From: Dehalococcoidia bacterium UBA5620
Lineage (GTDB): Bacteria; Chloroflexota; Dehalococcoidia; GIF9; UBA5629
Length of the DNA: 64,000 nt
Assembly: GCA_002423605.1 (NCBI GenBank)
Contig: DIKK01000006.1
Location: forward strand, 1,216 to 65,215
Direction: 5' to 3'
Both the position numbers and the translations under genes were made by a program. Positions 10,818 through 19,673 of this stretch are shown here, one piece after another. Below the pieces are notes generated by a model, which made no database searches, was not told where the DNA came from, and was given only the letters and a program-made list of their open reading frames with translations. Within the stretch, counting starts at the first letter, position 1. Each line of letters opens with the position of its first letter.

Positions 10818-12035
10818 TCAGGCCTTTTCCAGTTCAAAAGCCTTGTGTAATACCTTTACCGCATCCTTTACGCGGTTCTCAGCGATAATACAGGTTATCC
10901 GTATCTCGGAGGTGCTTATTAGCTGGATATTGATTCCCTGCTCTGCAAGAGCACGGAACATGGTGGCGGCATAGCCGGGAGAGTTCAGCATACCGGTACC
11001 GATGATGCTTACCTTGGCCAGAGTTGCATCGCTGACGCATTCCTTGGCGCCTATGGACTTCGCCACCGGAGCCATTATAGCCATCGCCTTGTCCAGGTCG
11101 CTTCTGGCCACGCTGAAAGTCAAATCGGTCACGCCAGCTATGCTGGTATTCTGAACGATGGTGTCCACACTAATACCTGCCTTGGCCAGGGGCTCAAAGA
11201 TACTGGCTGCGATACTTGGCCTGTCAGGAACGCCGACCACCGTCACCTTGGCCACATTGATGTCATGAGCTATTCCTCGCGCTTTATTTCTCTCTTCCAT
11301 GGGAATCCCTCCGTGAATAAGAGTACCTGGATTGTTGTTGAAACTGGAGGCCACCAATATGGGCATATTGTAGACCTCGCCCAGCTCCACCGCCCGGTGG
11401 TGCATCACTTTGGCGCCATAGGTTGCCAGTTCCAGCATCTCCTCGTAGCCTATTTCCCTCAGGTGGCGTGCCTCGGGCACTAACCTGGGGTCGGCTGTGA
11501 ACACCCCATCGACATCGGTGTATATTTCACAGACATGTGCCTTAAGGCTGACTGCCAGAGCTACAGCTGTGGTGTCTGAGCCGCCACGCCCCAGAGTTGT
11601 AATATCCATCTCCCTGGCCCATCCCTGAAACCCGGCCACGATAACGATATTGCCTGCTTCCAGCTCTTTAACCAACCGCTTGGGCTGAATCCCCGTGATA
11701 TGGGCGCGGCTGTAGCTGGAATCGGTCTCAATCCCTGCCTGAGGACCACTCAAGCTCACTGCCTTATAGCCCATGGACTGCAGGGCTAGCGCCATCAGAC
11801 TGCAGGATACTATCTCGCCGGTGGATAACAGGACATCCATCTCCCGTTCTGCCGGCTTGGGATTGACCTCTTTTGCTAGCGCCATCAGGTTATCGGTGGT
11901 CTTGCCCATAGCTGAGACGACCACTACCACCTCGTTGCCTTTATCCTTCGTTGCAGCCACGCGGCAGGCCACGTTCTTAATTTTGTCGGCGTCTGCAACC
12001 GAGCTGCCGCCGTATTTTTGAACTATAAGTGCCAC
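10818..12035 (-). CDS. lysC: aspartate kinase
   Basis: 405 aa. N-terminal VQKYGGSSV kinase motif and two C-terminal ACT domains. Confidence 0.9.
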   Translation of the reverse strand: MALIVQKYGGSSVADADKIKNVACRVAATKDKGNEVVVVVSAMGKTTDNLMALAKEVNPKPAEREMDVLLSTGEIVSCSLMALALQSMGYKAVSLSGPQAGIETDSSYSRAHITGIQPKRLVKELEAGNIVIVAGFQGWAREMDITTLGRGGSDTTAVALAVSLKAHVCEIYTDVDGVFTADPRLVPEARHLREIGYEEMLELATYGAKVMHHRAVELGEVYNMPILVASSFNNNPGTLIHGGIPMEERNKARGIAHDINVAKVTVVGVPDRPSIAASIFEPLAKAGISVDTIVQNTSIAGVTDLTFSVARSDLDKAMAIMAPVAKSIGAKECVSDATLAKVSIIGTGMLNSPGYAATMFRALAEQGINIQLISTSEIRITCIIAENRVKDAVKVLHKAFELEKA

Positions 12036-12418
12036 TTCTTCTCCACACCTAATTGTAACTCATTTGGAAGGTATTTTGCGAGTTAAAATCTCTCTGCTAA
12101 TGAAGATGTCCGAAAACTTTAGCAGATTTTGCGCTCACCTTAATTCTTGTATCTGAACAACGTATACAAGCACATATTGCCACGGCGACTGTCAGGTAAG
12201 CCTAGTATTGAATATTACGCCAAGTTGTGTGTCTCTTTTTCATATTCATATATCCCATTGAACCTTGTAGCGAGATTCTTCTTGCTTCTTAGGCGGACAT
12301 CAGGCGGATTCAGAATGACAACTTCCCTGTAATATGAGACCGAGAGGATTTGACAAACCGTACTATATTTGCTAACATCTATATATCTATATATTTATAT
12401 CTTTATAGGGAGAATATA

Positions 12419-12754
12419 ATGGCTTCTGACCATAGCCTTGAGCTTTATACGTTGAAGGCAGAGCTGTGCAAGTCCTTCGCTGACCCGCGGAGGCAGATGC
12501 TCATTGATGCACTGCGCAAGGGCGAAAGCACGGTGGGCAACCTGGCACGGGCGCTGGAGATACCGCAAGCCGTTGTCTCCCGTCATCTGGCTATCCTGCG
12601 TGAAAGGGGTGTGGCCAGCGCACGCCGTGAGGGGACGAACGTCTACTATAGTCTGAGCGACCCCAAGATAGGTGAAGCCTGCGACATGATGCACCAGATA
12701 CTGCTGGGCCAGGTAGAGAAGAACAAAGAACTGGCCGAAAGGCTGATAGCTTGA
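12419..12754 (+). CDS. ArsR/SmtB family transcriptional regulator
   Basis: Winged HTH (LCKSFADPRRQMLIDALRKGESTVGNLARALEIPQAVVSRHLAILRERG). ATG at 12419 chosen; the ORF track extends to 12350 through a low-complexity AT-rich stretch that looks like promoter. Confidence 0.8.
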   Translation: MASDHSLELYTLKAELCKSFADPRRQMLIDALRKGESTVGNLARALEIPQAVVSRHLAILRERGVASARREGTNVYYSLSDPKIGEACDMMHQILLGQVEKNKELAERLIA

Positions 12755-12774
12755 TTTTGGAAGGAGGCATGATT

Positions 12775-12948
12775 ATGTCTAAAGAACACGTCTGTTACAA
12801 TTGCAGGACAGTATTTGAAAAACCTGAGGCGGACAAGGCAAAGGAGGAAAAAGAGGTAACCAGATGTCCACAGTGCGGCAGTGTGGATATCCAGAAACTG
12901 GGTGAGCAAGACGACCACCGATTCATCCGCCGGATGTCCTTTGGCTGA
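12775..12948 (+). CDS. FmdB-family zinc-ribbon protein
   Basis: About 57 aa. CYNC...CPQCGS double CxxC, as in FmdB-family putative regulatory zinc ribbons. ATG at 12775 preceded by GGAGG. Confidence 0.55.
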   Translation: MSKEHVCYNCRTVFEKPEADKAKEEKEVTRCPQCGSVDIQKLGEQDDHRFIRRMSFG

Positions 12949-13013
12949 GGATGAAAAGTTAGGGCCGTGAGCTCTGTAAACTAGTTAAGCAACGTTTAAG
13001 GAGGGAATATGCA

Positions 13014-13490
13014 ATGGAGAAGAATGACGGAGCACTAATAGTTGTAATGAGCGGGGACATGGATAAGGTCTTTGCCGCCTTCACTATAGCTACTGGCTCA
13101 GCCGCGGCTGGTAAAAAGACCGCCATGTTTTTCACCTTCTGGGGGTTGAAGGCGATTCAGAAGGGTAATTTTACCGGCAAAAGCTTCTTTGGCCATATGG
13201 TGTCAGTGATGAACAGGGGCGGCATCAACCGCATCGGGCCCTCCCTGTTTAATTTCTGGGGCATCGGTCGATGGATGTTCAAGAAGATGATGAAGGACCA
13301 CAAAGTCATTTCCCTCGAAGAACTCCGACAAACGGCGATTGAGCTAGGCGTGAAGCTGCAACCGTGCCTGACAAGTATGGAGGTAATGGAGATAAAGAAG
13401 GAAGACCTGATCGATGGGGTGGATGAGCCCTGTGGTGTGGCTACCATGCTGGAGCAAGCATTCCAAGCCGGTGCCACATTCTTTATTTAA
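13014..13490 (+). CDS. DsrE/DsrF-like (DrsE_2-type) family protein
   Basis: 158 aa. Shows the LIVVMSGDMDKV...FFTFWG pattern and a C-terminal CGVATMLEQAFQAGATFFI typical of DsrE-like sulfur-relay-fold proteins. GGAGGG SD upstream. Confidence 0.55.
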   Translation: MEKNDGALIVVMSGDMDKVFAAFTIATGSAAAGKKTAMFFTFWGLKAIQKGNFTGKSFFGHMVSVMNRGGINRIGPSLFNFWGIGRWMFKKMMKDHKVISLEELRQTAIELGVKLQPCLTSMEVMEIKKEDLIDGVDEPCGVATMLEQAFQAGATFFI

Positions 13491-13506
13491 TGCGAGGAGT
13501 AGACCA

Positions 13507-13671
13507 ATGTCGGAAGAAATCAAAGCTGATCAGATTCGCCAGACCGGAGCCAAGGTTGTGGTTACTTCCTGTGATAATTGTCGCTTCCAAATAGGCGAAC
13601 TGAGCGAGTGCTATGGCCTCGGTGTCGAAGTTACTAGCGTGTCTGAATTAACGGCTAAAGCTCTGGCTTAA
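13507..13671 (+). CDS. 54-aa peptide resembling the C-terminal tail of LldE/GlcF/GlpC-type CCG-domain Fe-S proteins
   Basis: MSEEIKADQIRQTGAKVVVTSCDNCRFQIGE...ELTAKAL parallels the ...TGAE.vVt.CpsC..qi..g...v.H..E.L tail of LldE-like proteins. Own GAGGAG SD 6 nt before the ATG. Confidence 0.4.
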   Translation: MSEEIKADQIRQTGAKVVVTSCDNCRFQIGELSECYGLGVEVTSVSELTAKALA

Positions 13672-13693
13672 TTCAAAGTCTTGGTATAAATGA

Positions 13694-13728
13694 GTGGATC
13701 GTCGGTTAACCGACGATCCACTTTTATT
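13694..13728. terminator. bidirectional rho-independent terminator between convergent genes
   Basis: Perfect 12-bp stem GTGGATCGTCGG / CCGACGATCCAC with a TTAA loop, followed by TTTTATT. On the other strand it is preceded by an A-run. Confidence 0.7.
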
Positions 13729-13744
13729 GCTACGTTACAACGTC

Positions 13745-14302
13745 TTAGAACAAGCGAGTGCCGAGCAGGAAGGCAAGCAAAAGCCCGAGCACAAAATAGA
13801 TAAGCCAGCCTACTATACAGACGGCAATAGCCCGTCCAGTAGAGACATCCAACGCCTGCCTGACACCGATGACCACGGCAATAAGAACCCATATCGAGGC
13901 AGCTAGAGAGATAATGCCGCCTAGGAATGGAATAAAAGAGAGGACCTTCAGTATGCCCGGCGACTGGGCAAAGCCGATAGTCCTCAGCGTCTCGCCCCAC
14001 GTAGAAGAGGTATTCGGCCCCTTCAATATGGTTGTACCCAAAAGATAAGTGATGCCTGCCCAGGCGAGCCAGCCCAGCAAAGCCACAGCTACGCCACCAA
14101 CTAGGCCCAAAAGAAAGGCCGATATGCCCTTGCCTGCCATAAGAGCAGCAACGCCAGAGCCGATGCCTGTAGCTACGCTGGCGATGATCACCACCCACAT
14201 TGCTGACATAGTGGCTTTACTATCGGCCTCAACCTCCTCGTAGAGATTGGAGTCTAGCTTCGCTGCCCGCACCATGCGGTTAATCAAGTTTGAGTCTACC
14301 AT
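13745..14302 (-). CDS. Yip1-family integral membrane protein
   Basis: 185 aa. Soluble N-terminal region followed by four TM helices in the Yip1 domain arrangement. Confidence 0.7.
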   Translation of the reverse strand: MVDSNLINRMVRAAKLDSNLYEEVEADSKATMSAMWVVIIASVATGIGSGVAALMAGKGISAFLLGLVGGVAVALLGWLAWAGITYLLGTTILKGPNTSSTWGETLRTIGFAQSPGILKVLSFIPFLGGIISLAASIWVLIAVVIGVRQALDVSTGRAIAVCIVGWLIYFVLGLLLAFLLGTRLF

Positions 14303-14492
14303 CTTATCTCCTAAATATTATCGTGTCGAAAGTATAGCATAAAACTCTAAGGAAAATTCTAAGCACTAAATCCCAAACAAAATTCCAATTTCTTAGCTAC
14401 ATACTAGGGATATGTTATAATCGGCATAATATGCACTATGCCTAAACAAAACGTGTAGGGCACGGCATACGTGCCCTATCGGAGGGACCGAG

Positions 14493-15752
14493 ATGAAAAG
14501 ACATGCATTGCTTTCAATTTCCACCTTTGGCCTACTTACGGCGTTTTTCCTGGCGGCAGGATGTATCACCATCTCTGCGCCTGGTAAGACCACTCCGCCA
14601 CCAGCCACCACACCAGGGATATCCCCACCGGCCACTGCCCCCGAAGCGAGGGGGGACCTGCCCACTATCATCTCGTTTGCTGCCAGCCCTGAGGCTGCCA
14701 CCGTTGGCCAGGCGGTTACACTGAACTGGGATGTGTCCGATGCCACCTTAGTGAGCATACAACCGGCTGTGGGCACTGTTAACACCAGCGGCATGCAAAC
14801 GGTATCACCGACCAGAACCATCACCTATATACTGACAGCCAGCAACGCCGCTGGCCCTACTATGAAAAGCCTCACCGTCACAGTTACGGCACCTGTCGCC
14901 CTGCCTGACTTGGTGGTCACCGAAGTCACTATCCCTGGGGCAATTATTTTCTACAAAGTTAAGAACCTGGGTGACGGCGCCGCTACCATAGGAAGCCAGT
15001 CTTACCTATACCTCAACGGCGCTAAGGTAGCAACCGACTATATCGAACCGCTGGCGCCGGGCAAAGAAAGGCTTGAGTCTTTCTCAAATTATACAGCGTA
15101 TCTCGGAGGTAGCGATGACTTGTACCAGACGCTGAAAGTATGCGCCGATGCTGAGAGCCAACTGGCTGAGACCAGTGAGGACAACAACTGTGCCGAGATA
15201 GTCTGGGGGCCGACATTTATCTACGACTTCGCGAAGCAGGCACCCTTGGCCTTATGGAGGAGCGGCGCCGGCGAGCTAAAATGGCCGATGGTGGGTGGAG
15301 ATGCCTGGGGCGCGGCGTTTATTAACCACCAGCTGCTGGAGGACGGCAGGAGCTACGCCGATACTTTGGCAATGTATCCGCAACAGGTACAATCCGGTTC
15401 CATACAGGGCAACTTCGGCCAGATTTACTCCGAAAATTACATGCAAACCACACGTCTGAAGGAGATAACCGTGCCACCTCTTGCCAGGTTCACCGCCAGG
15501 GTAGGATACGTTAAGGGAGCTGATGGGATATCAGGCAGCACGGTTTCCTTCGGCATCATAGACCAGAGCGGCAGCCTAGTGTTCCTCAAGACGCAGGATA
15601 TCTATTATGACGGCGCACTCGATGACATCAATGTAGATCTGAGCCACCTAGCTAATAAGAAGGTCTACTTCGTTCTCAGGGTTGAATCCAAGGGCAATGG
15701 CGCTAAAGACTGGGTGGTATGGGCAGAACCTAAGGTAATACTGAAACAGTAG
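14493..15752 (+). CDS. secreted lipoprotein with a Pro/Thr-rich linker and a CARDB-like domain
   Basis: 419 aa. Signal peptide with lipobox (LAAGC). PT-rich linker. A DLVVTEV...EDNNCAEIVWG segment resembles CARDB cell-adhesion domains. The remaining ~250 aa are uncharacterised. Confidence 0.55.
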   Translation: MKRHALLSISTFGLLTAFFLAAGCITISAPGKTTPPPATTPGISPPATAPEARGDLPTIISFAASPEAATVGQAVTLNWDVSDATLVSIQPAVGTVNTSGMQTVSPTRTITYILTASNAAGPTMKSLTVTVTAPVALPDLVVTEVTIPGAIIFYKVKNLGDGAATIGSQSYLYLNGAKVATDYIEPLAPGKERLESFSNYTAYLGGSDDLYQTLKVCADAESQLAETSEDNNCAEIVWGPTFIYDFAKQAPLALWRSGAGELKWPMVGGDAWGAAFINHQLLEDGRSYADTLAMYPQQVQSGSIQGNFGQIYSENYMQTTRLKEITVPPLARFTARVGYVKGADGISGSTVSFGIIDQSGSLVFLKTQDIYYDGALDDINVDLSHLANKKVYFVLRVESKGNGAKDWVVWAEPKVILKQ

Positions 15753-15772
15753 CAGAGGCATGTCTCTGCTAC
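15749..15772. terminator. hairpin immediately 3' of the lipoprotein gene (terminator-like, no U-tract)
   Basis: GTAGCAGAG gcatgt CTCTGCTAC: 9-bp stem overlapping the stop codon. Confidence 0.35.
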
Positions 15773-15964
15773 TCCGCGTCATTCTGAGTCCGCAGGGCGG
15801 GCGAAGAATGCCATCATCGCGAAACAGCATTATTGCAAACGAAACGAGAATATAGAGTAAGGGCGAGCCTTCAGGGGCGCCTCCCTACATTTGCAAAATT
15901 AAAATGCTAAAAATAAAGGGGAGAGCAATGAAATTCAGCGACCTCGTAGTGGGACATAAAACCA

Positions 15965-16537
15965 ATGAATAGCGCTGACTTCCTTAGCGTTCTCTTTATA
16001 GCTATCGGCCTGTCTGCAGATTGTTTTGCTGTGGCCATTGGCGCCAGCGTTACTGCAAGAAGCCCTTCTAGGCTACAGGTTCTGCGGGTGGCCACGACAT
16101 TTGGGCTATTTCAGGCGCTTATGCCCGTTCTAGGCTGGTTGGCAGGGCAAACCATCGTGAAGTATATAGCGGGCTATGACCACTTTGTGGCGTTTGCCCT
16201 ACTGGCGTTTGTTGGCGGCAAGATGATCTGGGAGTCGTTCCATGCCAAAGATGAGCGTGATAAACAGACCGACGTCACCAAGGGCTTCACGCTGCTTACC
16301 CTAGCGGTGGTTACCAGCATCGATGCCCTGGCTGTGGGGTTATCCTTAGCCTTCATGAAGGTACATATTGCCATAGCCGGCATTACCATTGGGCTAGTTG
16401 CCTTTGTGGCTACAGTTATAGGTTTTCTTCTGGGCAGAAAAGCAGGGGAGCTAATCGGCAGGTGGGCTGAAACCGTTGGGGGCGTTGTCCTCATCGGTAT
16501 CGGCCTGAGGATAGTGATAAGCCATATTTTGAGCTGA
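15965..16537 (+). CDS. mntP: manganese efflux pump MntP (DUF204)
   Basis: 190 aa. Duplicated DUF204 halves (LSADCFAVAIGASV and TSIDALAVGLSLAF). Confidence 0.8.
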   Translation: MNSADFLSVLFIAIGLSADCFAVAIGASVTARSPSRLQVLRVATTFGLFQALMPVLGWLAGQTIVKYIAGYDHFVAFALLAFVGGKMIWESFHAKDERDKQTDVTKGFTLLTLAVVTSIDALAVGLSLAFMKVHIAIAGITIGLVAFVATVIGFLLGRKAGELIGRWAETVGGVVLIGIGLRIVISHILS

Positions 16538-16607
16538 GTCATTTATATGTAGTGAAACGATGGAATTCGCCAGGAGAGTCGCGCTAGAACCTAGTCAGCA
16601 GGGGCAA

Positions 16608-17294
16608 TTATTCTTTAGTTTTGTACTCGCGATGCTTAGTCTTTTTGTGCTGCCTCACTATATCTACGACGGTCATGGTGATAAGCACGATTGCCAGCAA
16701 AACGGCGAGGGTACCAATCCTGTGCTGCTCAATCAGAAGGGCGACAATAAATATCTCCGTCAAAATAATGGTAACCTCGATGATTTCTCTCCTGACAAGG
16801 GTCTCAAATATGAACGAGATAACAAGAATTTCAACCCACCCCTTGAGTAGTATGTCAGAGATCTCAGCCGGTGGCAACGCACCGGGTATAAACCAGGCGT
16901 TTACCGACGTCAGAAAAATAAAGGTGAACAGGGACTCAGGTATAAAAGCCAGGGCGACTGCCAAATAGGGACGCACTCTGCCTACTAGCATGCCGGCAAA
17001 ATATCCCGTCATGGCTTTGCCCACTATTACGGCAAGCCCTAAAAGGGGTCCATAAACTCCCAGCATGCCAAATTCGATGTAGGGATAGATGGCGACGACG
17101 GCGCCGGCTAGGAGCCCGTAATAAGGACCGAAGTATAGAGCAATGGCAAAGGTAGATATATGAGATAAGTCTAAAGCTACCTGCGGCTGCAATTGTAAGA
17201 GCATTGTTGATAAATAGGCAAGGAGGTTTCCTAGTGCCCCTGCCAGGAAAGTGACCAGCAGCTTCTGGCCTCTGTTACTTACTTTAAAATACAT
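16608..17294 (-). CDS. polytopic membrane protein, possibly an ECF-transporter S component
   Basis: 228 aa. Five to six hydrophobic helices and a basic C-terminal tail. No diagnostic motif recognised. Confidence 0.4.
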   Translation of the reverse strand: MYFKVSNRGQKLLVTFLAGALGNLLAYLSTMLLQLQPQVALDLSHISTFAIALYFGPYYGLLAGAVVAIYPYIEFGMLGVYGPLLGLAVIVGKAMTGYFAGMLVGRVRPYLAVALAFIPESLFTFIFLTSVNAWFIPGALPPAEISDILLKGWVEILVISFIFETLVRREIIEVTIILTEIFIVALLIEQHRIGTLAVLLAIVLITMTVVDIVRQHKKTKHREYKTKE

Positions 17295-17356
17295 AAACTC
17301 TCCTTGTACCTCTGTAAGCTAACTACAGTGAAAATAGTATTACGCAGCTATCGCCT

Positions 17357-17614
17357 TCAGTGGTTTGACAGTTCGACGATGGTGACGCCGAAGCTGCCCT
17401 CATTGTAATCGCCGAGCCTGAATGATTTAACCAGAGGGTGCTTGGACAGCACCTCGTGTACTACCTTGCGCAGTGTTCCCGTACCCTTGCCGTGAACGAT
17501 GCGTACCACATGTAGGTCTGCCATAAAAGCAGCGTTAAGGTAAGGGTCAATCAAGGGCAAGGCTTCCTCTACCTTGAGCCGCCGTATATGTAGCTCAGCC
17601 TCAACCACCATCAA
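17357..17614 (-). CDS. Smr-domain protein
   Basis: 85 aa. LHIRRLKVEEAL...VRIVHGKGTGTLR matches Smr (MutS2 C-terminal-like). Overlaps the tilS stop by 4 nt. Confidence 0.75.
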   Translation of the reverse strand: MMVVEAELHIRRLKVEEALPLIDPYLNAAFMADLHVVRIVHGKGTGTLRKVVHEVLSKHPLVKSFRLGDYNEGSFGVTIVELSNH

Positions 17615-19026
17615 GCTACCTCTCGAAACTCTAACCGCAAAACTGAGCGTGTATCCTCTGTAACCTTAACCCGGTCATCGATTCTCCAACCAACTACCCA
17701 CAAAATCTGCCGTGGCGAACATACCAGTGGAATCCGGTCACGCCAGGACTGCGCTATTTTGGCATCCACCATAAAGTCTTGTAGCTTCTTGGTCTGGCTC
17801 ATGCCTAGAGGCTGGAACCGGTCGCCGTGCCGACGTCGGCGTGCTGTCAGTGTCTTCCCAACTTTGTCCAGATCAAAGTGGGCAATAAAGCTATTCTGTT
17901 CATCCCCCGGCGCCTTTTTCAGTGCATCCGCTTTTACCTGCCAGCCGGGCAGGCGCGTTTCGCCGGGGACGTTGATGGTGAAAGAACCCTCCAGAGGTGC
18001 AAACAGGCATGAAGAGGCTCCTGGTGAAGTCAAGGCAAGACGGCCATACTCTACCGACAGCGCCAAGCCATGTGGCAAAAGTAATCTCTTCCCTGCTGGC
18101 TTGGCTAAAAAATTAATTATAGCCTCGCTATGCTCAGCCTCGACATCCTTGAGGCTACCGGCAAGATGAACTATGGCCAGCCGTGATATCTGCCGCTGCA
18201 TGGCATGTGGCAAATCAGCAACCTTATTTATATCAAGATAGATTACATCACCTTTTTCTTCCGCTACTTCATTCCATAGGCGAGAAGCCTGTTCCTCAAC
18301 GTAAGAGATATCATCATTGGCCAGAGTAGCTAGCCTGAGCAGTACCTTATCGAAGTTAGGATTGTAGTTTTTCAGTAGCGGCAACAGCTCGAGGCGGACG
18401 CGATTCCTGAAAAACTCGAAAGAGTTGTTGGAAGAGTCCTGGCGTGGCTGCAGGCTATGGCGTGCGCAGTAATCCCAGGTTTCCTGGCGGGAGACCTCAA
18501 GTAGCGGCCGGACCACTTCCAGCTTTGCCTTGCCTGTGCTCAGCGGCAGCAGCGACCGTGGCTGTAAACCACGTAAACCGGCAAGTCCTGTCCCTCTGAG
18601 CAGGTGCATCAAGATGGTCTCCGCGTGGTCGTCGCGGGTATGCCCTACAGCTACCCTGGCGGCGCCGGTAACCGTGGCTATCTCAGCCAGGAAGTCATAT
18701 CGCACCTCACGTGCAGCCTCCTCCAGCGATATGCCTTGCTGTTCCCGATACGCTGCCACATCGCGTTGCCCTATGGTTGCCGCTATGCCCAGCGTGGAAG
18801 CAAGCGTGGAAGCATAGCTGGCATCGTCGCCGGATTCGGAGCCACGAAGCTGGTGATTAAGATGGGCTACATGCAGCTTGATATCTAACTTCTCTTGGAA
18901 TCGTGCCAGAATATGGAGCAGGCACACCGAATCGGCGCCGCCTGACACGGCCACTACCAGGTTTTCGCCAGTAGTAATTAAATTTTGGCTTTTGATGAAG
19001 TCGAGAGTCCTTTGCTCCAGCGACAT
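17611..19026 (-). CDS. tilS: tRNA(Ile)-lysidine synthetase
   Basis: PP-loop ATPase motif (VVAVSGGADSVCLL) and a C-terminal TilS domain. Start set at the internal ATG (MSLEQRTL); the ORF track extends to 19182. Confidence 0.85.
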   Translation of the reverse strand: MSLEQRTLDFIKSQNLITTGENLVVAVSGGADSVCLLHILARFQEKLDIKLHVAHLNHQLRGSESGDDASYASTLASTLGIAATIGQRDVAAYREQQGISLEEAAREVRYDFLAEIATVTGAARVAVGHTRDDHAETILMHLLRGTGLAGLRGLQPRSLLPLSTGKAKLEVVRPLLEVSRQETWDYCARHSLQPRQDSSNNSFEFFRNRVRLELLPLLKNYNPNFDKVLLRLATLANDDISYVEEQASRLWNEVAEEKGDVIYLDINKVADLPHAMQRQISRLAIVHLAGSLKDVEAEHSEAIINFLAKPAGKRLLLPHGLALSVEYGRLALTSPGASSCLFAPLEGSFTINVPGETRLPGWQVKADALKKAPGDEQNSFIAHFDLDKVGKTLTARRRRHGDRFQPLGMSQTKKLQDFMVDAKIAQSWRDRIPLVCSPRQILWVVGWRIDDRVKVTEDTRSVLRLEFREVA

Positions 19027-19043
19027 CTCTTTCTTAGGCAAGC

Positions 19044-19655
19044 CTATCCCTCTCTCAGGTGGCAGGTATCTCCCAACAACATCAGACTGGGTTGCCTGCT
19101 GCTGAAGTCTAGTATGCTGATGCTGGCATTTTGCACTCTGATTCGTCCTATATGCGTCACCTGCATACCTAACGCTCTGCAAATGATAGCCACGGTGACA
19201 AAGTAATGGCTTACCAGCACCACGTTTCCTTGCTTATTTTTCTCCAGCATGGCCTGAGCCGCTGCCCATACCCTATCCGAAAGGTCAACCAGACTCTCGC
19301 CACCTGGCAACTTGGCTGTGCCCTCTCCTTGCCTCCATTCCACCATATACTTACTGAAGCTGGTACCCAGCTCAGAAATAGGGATGCCCTCCAACTCACC
19401 GACCTCCATCTCTTTGAATGAAGGCTCGATGCATACCTTCAACCCATGATGGCTGGCAATAGCCTGCGCGGTATCCCTGGCGCGTTTCAAGGGGCTGGAA
19501 TAGATAACAGCGATGTCTATGTCCTTAAGCGCCAACCCCAGCTTCCGCGCCTGGTTTATGCCGCTATCGCTTAAATCGGTATCGCTGCTGCCACCCTGAA
19601 TCAGGAATTGCTGATTCCACTCAGTTTCGCCGTGTCGTACTAAGATAAGCCTGAT
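19044..19655 (-). CDS. histidine phosphatase (phosphoglycerate-mutase-like) family protein
   Basis: The track ORF (19044..19535, TTG start) lacks the catalytic His. The same frame continues upstream and encodes IRLILVRHGETEWN (RHG motif). It is bounded by an in-frame TGA, with a GGAGG SD 6 nt before an ATC codon. No ATG/GTG/TTG is available upstream of the RHG motif. Confidence 0.6.
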   Translation of the reverse strand: MRLILVRHGETEWNQQFLIQGGSSDTDLSDSGINQARKLGLALKDIDIAVIYSSPLKRARDTAQAIASHHGLKVCIEPSFKEMEVGELEGIPISELGTSFSKYMVEWRQGEGTAKLPGGESLVDLSDRVWAAAQAMLEKNKQGNVVLVSHYFVTVAIICRALGMQVTHIGRIRVQNASISILDFSSRQPSLMLLGDTCHLREG

Positions 19656-19673
19656 GTGACACCTCCAAATTCA

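Noticed and set aside
15777-15930. Classical yybP-ykoY Mn2+ riboswitch call upstream of mntP
   Set aside because: Only a partial resemblance (AAAGGGGAGAGC) was found, and it lies too close to the start codon to accommodate the full aptamer. It is kept as a hypothesis in findings rather than a feature. A covariance-model scan is needed.
15907-16095. 62-aa minus-strand ORF overlapping the mntP start
   Set aside because: It overlaps the well-supported mntP N-terminus on the opposite strand and shows no SD or conservation cues.
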